Shown one piece after another: positions 13,560 through 24,620 of a stretch of DNA of 64,000 nt. The notes beneath the pieces were generated by a model. It was not told the DNA's origin and did no database searches. It worked only from the letters and a program-made list of their open reading frames with translations. Position numbers and translations under genes: made by a program. This DNA comes from Eledone cirrhosa. Its lineage: Eukaryota. The stretch lies in assembly GCA_964016885.1 (NCBI GenBank), contig OZ024741.1:173476001-173540000 (forward strand). Reading direction: 5' to 3'. Every line of letters starts with the position of its first letter. The stretch's first letter is position 1.

Positions 13560-14385
13560 AGTGGCAGTGTTGGTGACGATGGTAGTGGTGGTAGTGATGG
13601 AAGTGATAGTGGTGGTGGTGATAGTAGTGATGATAGTGGTGATGATGATGATGGTGATGGTTGTGGTGATGGGGCTGATGGTAATGATGGTAATAATGGT
13701 GTTAGCTGTGATGATGACGATGGTAGTGGTGGTGATAGTAGTGGTATAGTAGTGATGATGATGGTGATGGTGATGCTTGTGGTGATGGTGCTGGTGGTAA
13801 TGGTGGTAATAATGGTATTAGCTGTGATGATGATGATGGTGGTGGTAGTGATGGTGGTGGTGATGGTGGTGGTAGTGATAGTAGTGATGACAGTGGTGAT
13901 GATGATGGTTGTGGTAATAATGGTGATAGCTGTGATGATGGTGGTGGTGGTGGTGGTGGTGGTGATGGTGGCTGTGATGATGATGATAATGATAGTGATG
14001 GAGAGGTGATAATAATGGTGGCAGCAGTTGTGATGATGATAATCATGGTGGTAGTTGTGATGATGATGGTGGTGGTGGTGGTGGTGGTGGTGGTGGTGGT
14101 GGTAATGGTGGTGGTGGTGGTGGTGGTGGTGGTGGCTGGTGGTGGTGGTGGCTGGTGGTGGTGGTGGTGGATGTGGCGATGGTGGTGGTGGTGGCTGTGA
14201 TGATGATGATGATGATAGTGATGGGGGAGGTGGTAATGTTGGCAGTGATAAAAGTGGGAGTAATTGTGATGATAACCATGGTGGTAGTTGTGATGCTGAT
14301 AATTGTGGTGGTGGTGGTGGTGGTGGTACTAGTAGTTCTGAAGATAAATATGGTAATAATTGTGATGATTGTGGTTGCTGTTGTA

Positions 14386-14424
<39 letters not shown>

Positions 14425-14550
14425 GTGGTGGCAATGGTGGAGGTAATAATGATGATGGTTGTGGTGGGAGTAGTGGTATTGAGGGTAGTGGTGGTGATGA
14501 TGATGATTGTGATGGAGTGGGGTGATGGTGGTGATGGTGGTGATGGGGAT
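13560..14550. repeat. Compound (GGT/GAT/AGT)n trinucleotide low-complexity tract
   Basis: About 1 kb of mixed gtg/atg/gta triplets with internal block duplications. Confidence 0.95.
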
Positions 14551-14771
14551 GCCTTATTGCTGTTACATTCTATAGTTTATATCAGTGACACTTGATATTT
14601 ATTCCAAAACACCCCATTCTTGTTTATGTTTCTGATTTCCAGTGACCTCTTATTTAATTCAAATTCTGACCTTAATGTCTAAAGGTACTTTTACAATCTA
14701 TAACTATACATGACCTACATGCTTTTAAGAATTGCTCTAATCCAGTCCCTTATATATATACACACACACAT

Positions 14772-14816
<45 letters not shown>

Positions 14817-15292
14817 TTCAAAAGATTAATAAATGAGAAATATTATCATAACCAAAGTATATATTTTATTATACATATTTCAAAGGTACAATGGTGTTTC
14901 AGTACGTTTCCATCAGATAAAATATATACTTTGGTTATGATAATATTTCTCATTTATTAATATTTTGAATAATATTATAGATACTCCAGATAAGTTTCTA
15001 ATCTATTGTAAAATTGAATTCGTTGAATAATCAACGAACCATATAAACTTTTGGTCATGTATATACATATATATATATATAAATGTAAGTATGTATATGT
15101 ACATACATATATGTATACAGACGTACAGTAGTACGTATATATATATACATACATGCACACATATATATATGTACGTATGGGTTTACCAAACATTTATTAT
15201 AATGCCCAGTTTGTTTGTAAACAAACAGCCCAAATTACGTCATACAGTGTTCGGCAACCATCATCGCTTCTTTGTTCAACACTGACACAGGA

Positions 15293-15335
15293 ACAATGTA
15301 CTAGTTTCAAGCTTATTAGCTATCGTCAGTATCGT
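15293..15335 (-). ncRNA. Minimal type I hammerhead ribozyme motif (left-arm copy, stem I weakened)
   Basis: ACGAUA-CUGACGA-UAGCUAAUAAGCUU-GAAA-CUAGUA-CAUUGU; core intact, A-C mismatch at the first stem I pair. Confidence 0.65.
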
Positions 15336-15499
15336 ATACCTTCCTGTCAGATGATTTTCCATTTATCGATTTTCCATTTATCGTTTTCGGTACGCCCGGC
15401 TGACTAACTTACTCGATATGCAAATTAGGCTGCTCAGCCGTTAATATGCATAAGGAAAGTATATACTTTCAAACGTTCAATCATCTGACAAGAAAGTAT

Positions 15500-15542
15500 A
15501 CGATGCTGACGATAGCTAATAAGCTTGAAACTAGTACATCGT
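15500..15542 (+). ncRNA. Minimal type I hammerhead ribozyme motif
   Basis: ACGAUG-CUGACGA-U-AGCU(AAUA)AGCU-U-GAAA-CUAGUA^CAUCGU: 6-bp stem I, 4-bp stem II, palindromic ACUAGU stem III, predicted cut after 15536. Confidence 0.8.
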
Positions 15543-15917
15543 TCCTGTGTCAGTGTTGAACAAAAAGGTGACGATGGTTGCCGAACACTGTATGGAGTAA
15601 TTCGGGCTGTTTGTTTACAAACAAACTGAGCATTATAATAAATGTTCGGTAAACCCATACGTACATATATATATATGTGTGCATGTATGTATATATATAC
15701 ATACTACTGTACGTCTGTATACATATATGTGTGTACGTATACATACTAACATTTAAGTATCAGCCGTACTAGGAGTGAGAAATGAAATTTCGTTTCATTC
15801 TTTTCAATTTATATATATATATATATGTGTGTAAAGGATAAACAGAAATAACAACACAATCGGTACAGTATATGGATGGGATATATTAGGTTAACGCTTG
15901 ACATAGCAGGAAGAGGG

Positions 15918-15953
15918 TCTTAACGTTTCGGACACTAGTCCTTCATCAGAAGA
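15918..15953 (-). ncRNA. Minimal type I hammerhead ribozyme motif within a ~220 bp dispersed element (15830-16046)
   Basis: UCUU-CUGAUGA-A-GGAC(UAGU)GUCC-GAAA-CGUU^AAGA: 4-bp stem I, 4-bp stem II, palindromic ACGU stem III. Confidence 0.75.
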
Positions 15954-16047
15954 AAGAATAAGAAATAAGATAGATTGAGAGGACGGGCAGGTTGGAATTG
16001 GAAAAAATGTCTTTAGATAAAAATAACAGGTCCATTCATGTTGACAC

Positions 16048-16089
<42 letters not shown>

Positions 16090-16191
16090 CGGATTGGATC
16101 AGAGCATATCTTGAAATCATGTAGGTTATATATTGTAAAAGTACCAAAAATTGATTGCGAACCTGCTACTCACAACTGCAACTTTGGTTAT

Positions 16192-16237
<46 letters not shown>

Positions 16238-17155
16238 GAGCCCTCGACCAATCGGGCAATGTGATCGGTGGAAACTCCACCTTGCCGTTCTATAGTGGAT
16301 TAGTGGAGGGGAAGAGCGACGACGTACTTGGGGAAACTCTAGGCGTCGACGAAAATCAACTAGCCAATCTCTTCGGAAGAACTTTCGGGCCGGGGCCTAT
16401 GGACAACTTCCAGAAATCCCTGGCCTGGCAGTGCTACCGAGGAGCTTTGCCAGTTCGGGATAACCTCTACAGGCATGGAGGAGCCGTCAGCCGGGCATGC
16501 CCGAGATGCGCGCAGGGCGACGAAACCGTCCTGCATGCACTCGTCCAGTGTCCGAGCATTGCTGTCTTGTGGGTTTATGTCGAACACCTAGTGTCGCGTG
16601 TAGAACGGATCCGACTATCAGCTGAGTCCATCGTGAGGATTGCCCCGCCCTCTTCCTTTAGCCGGGAAGGGCAAGCAGTTTTTATCTGTCTGGTGGCCAT
16701 GGCGAAAGAGATAGTATGGTGGACGCGTCTGAAAGGGCTGAAGATGAGCACTTACATCTTCGGTGATGCCCTGATTCACTTTTTCCAATTTCATTTGAAA
16801 AGGAAAATCAGGGTAGAGAGGGAGGTGCTCTCTTCCCAGCATTTTGTTGAAAGATGGGTGAGAGAGGCAAGAATGGCCCAAGTGAATGGATCTACTCTGA
16901 GTATGTGCCTGTAAATTGAAGGTGGAAAACTGGGAGAGGACAATTGGCCCTGGTGGTCAGGGTCACCGTGGCTTTCTCCACTATGGCTCTCGGAAGTCTC
17001 CCCCCTATTGGGGAATTTTTCATTGTTCTTTTATTACATCCTCTGTTTTTTTTGTTTTTTTTACATGCAGAAATGCCCATTTGTACCGTCCTGTATTGTC
17101 CTGTACTGTCCTTAATGTCTACTTTGTGTAAACCCTTGTGGTTAATAAAGAAAGC
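16238..17155 (+). mobile_element. L1/Tx1-clade LINE, 5'-truncated 3' end
   Basis: ORF 16261-16914 with zf-RVT-like motif LAWQCYRGALPV...CPRC...ETVLHALVQCP; AATAAA near 17143; (ATT)n on both sides. Confidence 0.8.
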
Positions 17156-17176
17156 ATTATTATTATTATTATTATT

Positions 17177-18289
17177 GTTCTTTGAGTCTCAGTCATTGAT
17201 GTTATTTAACTGGAAAGTTTGTTGAAATGAATATCAAGCCGTTACCTGCAGCCTCAGATATTCAGGACGTATCGGAGGGTTCTTGCTGTTCCCAGCAAGC
17301 ATGCCTTTTGAAGTGTTCCAAAAAGTTGGGCTGGACTAATCTTCTTTAACCATCCCTGGAAACTCCTTGAGATAGTACCTAGTGCACCTATGACAATCGG
17401 GACCACTTTGACTTCATGGCAGTTCCAAATCCTTTTTACCTCCCACTTTAAGTCCTGGTATCGGTTAATTTTCTCCCTCTCCTTCTCTTGCACTCTCATG
17501 TCGAATGGGCAGGCCACATCCACAATCAGGCATGATCTTTTTTCCTTGTCCAAAACCACCAGGTCAGGTCTATTGTGTTCCAGTTTCTTGTCCGTCTGTA
17601 TCCTAAAATCCCACAGCACCTTCACCTGATCGTTTTCTATCACTGACTCTGGCTTATGCTCATACCATTTCTCAGAATGTGGTAAATTGTTTACTTTGCA
17701 TAGGTGCCAGTGGATCACCCTGCCCATCACATCATGTCTCCAGCCTTTATAGTGAGTCTGGGCTAGGTGTTTACACTCGGATACAATGTGAGCCACGGTC
17801 TCCTCTCTCTCTCCACAGATCCTGCACAGTGGGCTAGCCTCCTCCTTGTAAATATGGTGTTTCAGCCACTTCGTTTTGAGGGCCTGCTCTTGTGCAGCCA
17901 TTAGCATTCCTTCTGTAGCCTTTTTAAGGTCTCCTCTTTTCAACCAGTTCCATGTCTGTGGATCTCTGAATTCAGTTTTCTCAAAGAAGGTACTATGAAG
18001 GGATTTTTCATGAAGGCTGCTCTTTCTCCTTGTTGTTATTTCCTCCGTGGACATCCCCTGGTCTATTGTCCTCTCCTTCAGTACAGTTCTGAGCATTGGC
18101 TCCTTACTATCGGTCAGGTATTTGTGTAGGTTGTTTTTCTCCATCTGAACACAGTCCTCTATGCTGATAAGACCTCTTCCACCTTCAGATCACCTTAAGT
18201 AGAGTCTATCGACATCACTCCTCTTGTGGAACATGTTGTAGATAGTCAATAGCTTCCTAGTCTTCCTATCCATTTCTTTTTGTTCAGCA
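17177..18289 (-). mobile_element. R4/Dong-clade non-LTR retrotransposon, 5'-truncated
   Basis: ORF 17254-18144: CRIC..ETVAHIVSEC knuckle, RHD, WDF..TD, RPDL, DVACPFD, K..Y, VPIVIGALG restriction-like endonuclease; (TAA)n flanks. Confidence 0.9.
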
Positions 18290-18540
18290 ATTATTATTAT
18301 TATTATTATTATTATTATCATTATATATATATATCAGTATGGATACAGTAAAAACCTGTTTAGACCATTACGTACTAGAGTCTCGATACTTGGAGTAGTA
18401 GAGTATGATTATGTGAAAGAGTCGGGACCCCGACGGATGTACTATTTCAGTTTCAACAGCAAGTTCCAGGCTGAATTGCAGATATTTTTGTGGTGGAAAC
18501 AACTGTATTCATCAGGAGATTCCAATATCCAAATACATAT

Positions 18541-18586
<46 letters not shown>

Positions 18587-18647
18587 GTAGAACACTGGAA
18601 GGTAATATCCATAGTGGTAGAGCACTCAGTCCATGGGACGAGTTAGG

Positions 18648-18773
18648 TAGAAGTGGTTATACAACAGTTAGTTCACCATACAGAGAACAATTGTTTCACC
18701 TTAGCGGATCCTCAGCATCCACTAAGGTGAAACAATTGTTCTCGGTATGGTGAACTAACTGTTGTGTAACCAC

Positions 18774-18778
<5 letters not shown>
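18648..18778. repeat. Fold-back element (~62 bp arms, 7 nt loop)
   Basis: tagaagtggtta...ccttagcggat / atccactaagg...taaccacttcta near-perfect inverted arms next to (TA)n. Confidence 0.9.
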
Positions 18779-18852
<74 letters not shown>

Positions 18853-19019
18853 CATATATATAAATACATATATATATATACATATATATAATAAAGGTGT
18901 GAAGAATAACATGGATCAGTTATACAATAGGTTTTATTCCAAGTATTAACAAAGGTTTCAAAAGTTACGGAGTAGACAGACCCAGAAAAACGACATGATA
19001 AAATCTGACCTTGCACACT

Positions 19020-19510
19020 TACACCTCTCTAAGACAATGTCACTGGATCGAGATCTTTGGCGCTACACATTAATACAGAAGATCTGCCTTCCCTACGTGC
19101 AAAGTTAACCTACAGTTAGTAGGCCCCTCCTAACCAAATATCCGCCCCAACCCACTACCTCTATTCCATCCTTCCACTCGCACCAACACCACCCTTTCTC
19201 TATAAAGTTATGTTGGTACCACAACATCCAGTTCAAACTAATGAGGTCGTGTAGGTGTCACAACAAAAATCACATAGTCCACGCTGTAATGTGGTCACTT
19301 AGGAGACACGGTAAAAAGGGTCCCAGTCCATACTGTAAATATGGTTGGTGTTAGGAAGGGCATCCAGCCATAGAAAATCTGCCAGATAGTCCTATACGAG
19401 CGAGACACAGTTACCCGATCAATCTTGCCTCAAGTGGGACAATTTCCGTCTAACCCATGCTAGCGTGGAAGATAGACGTTAAACGAGGATGATGATGATG
19501 ATGATGATGT
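19020..19510 (+). mobile_element. RTE LINE 3' end
   Basis: Ends ccatgctagcgtggaagatagacgttaaacg(gat)n. Confidence 0.85.
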
Positions 19511-19620
19511 TTCATTGGTCCAGTATGTCTAAAAACCACTATCTGAAGTGTTGTGACAATCGATTTTAAGTACAGTTAGCACCAACCAAATTTTCAAAAT
19601 ACCTCGTTTACTTAAATACA

Positions 19621-19682
<62 letters not shown>

Positions 19683-20004
19683 GATAACAAGGTATTGTTT
19701 TAGGTAATCCAGTTAGAGGTTGTGAGTGCTCTGTACTATGGATAGTTTTAACGTCGGCGTTGTTTGACTCAACAAGAGGTTTCCTTAGTTAGCGAGTTTG
19801 CAAGAATTCCCATGCAGGTTATTCTTGGAGTAATAGTAGTGAAAGAGTGAAGAATAACATGGTAGGCTGTACAAAAAGGGTTTTATTTACAGTATTAACA
19901 ATTGTTTCATTGATCAGGTGAGTATAAAGGCCGCTGATCACTCGAAATTGTGTCAATCGACCTTAAATACAGTGTGCGTCTTTGATCAAATCATCGGATT
20001 TGAT

Positions 20005-21125
20005 CAGAACCCAGATCCCCTTGGGGAAATGGCCTTGCTCAGTATGTAGGGAAGGTGTAGGTAGAAACTCCATCATCCGCCCCAAATGTAAACTATGAGT
20101 ACACAAGAGATGTAGTAGGATCTCAGGAAGTCTAACTAAGAATGTAGACTTTACATGTAGCACTGGGATAGTAAGCAGCAAACAACCACAGGAAACAAGC
20201 ACTACCAAATTCTGGGAGGACTTGGTAGAAACAGTAGACAGCTTCTGCTACCTCGGTAACTGAATTAACAATGGTGGGTGTTCTAAAAGTACAGTAACCA
20301 GGGTAAGAATTGGATGAAAGAAGTTCAGGGAGCTACTACTACTGCTGGCTACATAGGCTTTTCCCTCAAAATGAAAGGCAGACTGTATGATGCATGCATA
20401 TGAACAGTAATGTTGCATGGAAGTGAGACCTGGGTGTTGTGTGCAGAAGACTTGCATAGATTAGAAAGAAATGAAGTTTGCATGGATGTGTAATAGTAAT
20501 ATATGTGAACGGCAAAGCATAAACAAATTGAGGAGACTAGGCACAAGAGGAATCAAATGCTGTGTGCAGGAGAGGAAATTATCTTAGTATGGACATGTGA
20601 TGCATATGAAGGATGACAGCTGCATGAAAAGGTGCAGAGTGCTAAAAGTCGATAGAAGCCTTGGAGCGAGGAGACCCAAGAAGACATGGGATGAGGCAAT
20701 AAAAGCTGATCTTGCCCAATTGCACCTTTCAAAGGCGATGACACAGGACCGGGACTTCTGGCATTATGCAGTAATACAGAAGACCCGACTTCCCATGAGT
20801 ACAAGCTGAAGCTGAAGCATATAAACAGTAAGCCCCCACCCCTACTCTCACTGTAAAGTGGTCTTGTAGGTGGCACGACAAAAAGCACCTAGTCCACACA
20901 GTAAAGTCATTGTGTATGCGCCATGATAACAAGTTCCTAGTACTCACTGTAAACGGGGTTGGTGTTAGGAAGGGTATCCAGCTGTAGAAATCAAGCCAAA
21001 ATCAGTTCCATATGAGCAAGACATGGTCACCTGACCTGGCATTGCCTACAACAGGACAACTCGTCTAAACCCATGCTAGCATAGAAGAATAGATGTAAAA
21101 CGGTAATGATGATGATGATGATGAT
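20005..21125 (+). mobile_element. RTE LINE 3' fragment (PHD-like region to tail), degraded
   Basis: Similar to 38188-39400 and 32878-34020; (GAT)n tail. Confidence 0.85.
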
Positions 21126-21424
21126 ATATATATGTACAAGTAAGCAGGAACAAAGTCAAGTTTGCACCATAAATGAACTTTATTGCGTATGACAATTGTT
21201 TCGATATCGATCAGTTCAGGGTTTGATTACAATGTTGGTGCAAATTTAACTTTGTTCCTGCTTACTTGTATTTACACTCTCCACGTTACGGTCACTTTAG
21301 CCATGGACTACACTGAAGTATAAACTTACAAGAGACTTACAAGAATTGTGTAACAGCATTGAGTGTTTTAACTGATGAACCACCTCTACCTATAGTTTTA
21401 CATATTCCTATCATATATATATGT

Positions 21425-21675
21425 AGGTGACACGACAAAAAGCACCCAATCCACACTGTAAACTGGTCGTGTAAGAGACATGATAAAAAGGCTCCCAGTC
21501 CATACTGTAAACGTTGTTGGTGTTAGGAAGGGCCTCCAGCCATAGAAAACCTGCCAGAAACAGTTCTGTATGAGCAAGACATGGTCACCTGACCGATCTT
21601 GCCTCAAGTGGAACAAACCCGTCCAACCCATGCTAGCGTGGAAGATGGATGTTAAACGATGATGATCATCATCAT
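21425..21675 (+). mobile_element. RTE LINE 3' UTR fragment
   Basis: Same terminus gtggaagatggatgttaaacgatgatg. Confidence 0.8.
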
Positions 21676-22241
21676 GATAGGTGGTACAGTAGATTCATGG
21701 CTTACTGAGGAAGGTACCAAACTCAGCACTCTATACTAAGGCAGAGTGTATATATTAAAAACAAAGTGAGGTTTCACATTAAGGTCTTTATTGATTATAC
21801 AGTTACGACTGTTTCACAGATGGGTGGCTCAGGTTCCATGTAAATGCTATAGACCTGACTCCAACCCGATGTTCTCATCAGACTTGTTAATTAAGCAACA
21901 CCAGAATTTCAGATGAAGCGGTCGTAACTGTGTATAATCGATAAAGACTTTAATGTGAAACCTCGATATATATATATATAAATTAATGTTTTTTCCCTCA
22001 TTTCTTGCTCCACTGGACATCATTTGGTTTGTGTCAAATGCTGCGACGTTGGGTGGGCCAGTGTACCTTTGGTAGGGGTTGAAACTACCAAAGTCTACCT
22101 CAATGGCAGATGACCTTGGATTTTTGTGTCCTTCGTTTGTTTGTTTTTTTTAAAATAATTTTTTGAGGTTTCCCTTTAAAAAATTGTTTTTCGTTCGCTG
22201 TCTTGTCTTATCTTTGTTATTTTTCTTAAGTTAATATACAT

Positions 22242-22243
<2 letters not shown>

Positions 22244-22281
<38 letters not shown>

Positions 22282-24620
22282 CCATCATCACAACCATCAT
22301 CTTCATTTAACAACCATTTTCCCTGCAGGTAAAGGTTGAGCAGGTTGTGACTGGGTCAGTACTCAAGTGAAGCCACTGACCTTTCCTGAGCTTGCTTAGT
22401 TACATTTTTACACTCTACTAAGTGCTCAGATGGGCCAGAGGCCTGGATTTCACTTACACAGCACTAAGGAATCTGTCATGTCTTTGACACAATTGAAGAA
22501 TTTTCACAACACTTGTTTGGCAATTTTTCCTAGCATGTGTTGGACGGGCTTTTTCAGCACAGGATCTCTTCACTCACCATATTTCTTTGTCATCTCTGTG
22601 AGTCTCAGCACTTTGAGGTCAACTCTCACCACCTCTGCCCAGGTCATTCTCGGTCTACCTCCGTCTTCGGCTTCCATCCACTGGCATTTCCTGGCACTTC
22701 TTCACCCATTGATTATCATCCATGTACATCACATGTCTGTACCAATGCAGTGTTCTCTCTTGCACACCACTTCAGATTTCTCTTAGACCCAGCTTCTCCT
22801 TCAGTTCATCCAAGCTCTGCCGTTTTTACACATTTACGTTGTACATCAAACAAAGCATTTCTCTCAAGTCTACACGTCTTCTGCAGTCACTGCCTATGTT
22901 TCGCTACCATGCAGCATCGCACTTCACACACTGGCATCATACGGTCATCTTTTTGTACATAGCAACAGTGGGGGGAGTAGTTTTCTAAATTTCTTCTAAA
23001 TATCCTTATTCTAGCTATTATGCTCTCAGAACTCCCCCCCCCCCTCCACTGCTGATTAAGTCACCTAGATAGCAGAAGCTGTCAACTACTTCTATGGATC
23101 CTTCTTGTGACTTGAAGGGGTTTATGTCACTGCTGCTCTTCCCTTTGATTTCTCCTGCGCAACTTATACATAAAGTCTTCCCTTCCTGTTAGTCTATCTG
23201 TTATCCCACTACATCTGATGTGTACCCAAGATTTACATTGTGTACACCATATGGAGTTTATGCTTACTCCTTTTCTATATATGAAGCAGGGACACTTGTC
23301 TGAGGAGATCAGGGTCTTACCTTCTTTCCTACTCACTAGCACTTTAGTTTTGGCTAAGTTTACTCTCAGACATTTTGATTCCAAATTCCATTTCCATAGT
23401 TGGAACTTATTTTCTAGTTCTTTTATAGATTTGGCTATAAGGATCAAAATCATCTGCATAAAGAAGTTGCTATGGACAGCCAGTTTTAAACTCCTCTGTT
23501 ATGGCCTGGAGAACTATGATGAACAACAGTGGGCTAAGAACCGAACCTTCATGAACTCCTACCTGTACCTTGAATTCCTCACAAAACTCACTTCCTTCTT
23601 TCACTTTACTGTATTAGCTGATTGACTATGTGGGTTACTAGTTCGACTCTTATTTCCCCCAATGCTTTCAGCATCTTAGCAACTATCCCGCAGCTTTAAC
23701 ATTCTTTTTCTCTTTAATTGCTTCTTTGACCCTATAATTCTCAACTTCAGTAGTTGGGTAGGTTGGCAGTAGTTTCTCTTCCTCCCATGCATTCTCTACA
23801 TTCATCAGTCTCTCATAGTTATATTTCCAAGCCTCTTTCTTTTGGGCATCAGTGGTGCTAAGTGCACCAGCATCATTTCTAACACATTTTTTCCCCAAAA
23901 CATCTTGATTTCAACTAACACACTGTCTTGCAATATGAAACATTTCATGTCTCTGATCCTCACATCTCAAAACATTGATAAACTTTCTTTTTTTTTCAGC
24001 CTCTCTATGAGCTGTGTATACCTGTTGGCTGGCTGGTCTCTGGAAATTTGTGTTGCAAATGGTTTGTTCATTTGCATCACAGAATCCAGGAACCTCAATC
24101 CCTCTTTATTCCTTGAGCCATAACCATAACCACCAAGAACTCCACAGAATCTGTTTTGGTACTGCTCCACAAGTCCGTTGAAGTTGCCTGCCAGGACGAG
24201 GTCTCTCTCATCAGTACCTGAAATTGTCTGTAAAAGTTCTTCATAGAACCTGTCCTTTTGGTCTTTACTTAGTCCTGCTTGTGGACCATAGGTAGATGTA
24301 ATTGTCACCAGCTATTCTAAGCTTGATGTTTCTGTCACTTACTTTAACTACTTCTATCACCTTATCTATTCATTCCTCAGCTAGTAAGATGCCTACACCT
24401 CCTACCCCATCATCATTACCTACCCAGTAGAGTTTATATCTCTGTTGTTTGTCTGTGATTAGTATCGTTGAGGCACCCCCTCCACCTCACTTATTGTACA
24501 CAGCATACATCTACTTCTCGTCTTTCTAACAGTTCCACAATTTCACCTGATTCACCTTCAGGGTGCCAACAATGAGTGTGGGAGTCCTGAAATTTGTACC
24601 TTGACAGTAGCTGTTATTTC
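22244..24620 (-). mobile_element. Degraded, internally deleted RTE LINE
   Basis: ORF pieces 23967-24308 (APE), 23683-23898 and 23127-23459 (RT end, PHD-like); (CAT)n tail at 22244. Confidence 0.85.

Larger units (their letters stand above)
15080..15755. repeat. Long inverted repeat (~275 bp arms, ~120 bp spacer), probable Penelope terminal-repeat derivative
   Basis: 15080-15356 is the reverse complement of 15479-15755 with scattered mismatches; mirrored ORF-track peptides 15153+ and 15434- confirm. Confidence 0.9.

Noticed and set aside
13538-14595. Long ORFs (poly-His/Pro/Val/Met) as genes
   Set aside because: Artefacts of trinucleotide low-complexity sequence open in several frames
16085-16135. 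Additional hammerhead (GAAAUCAUGUA with flanking stem)
   Set aside because: No CUGANGA box present
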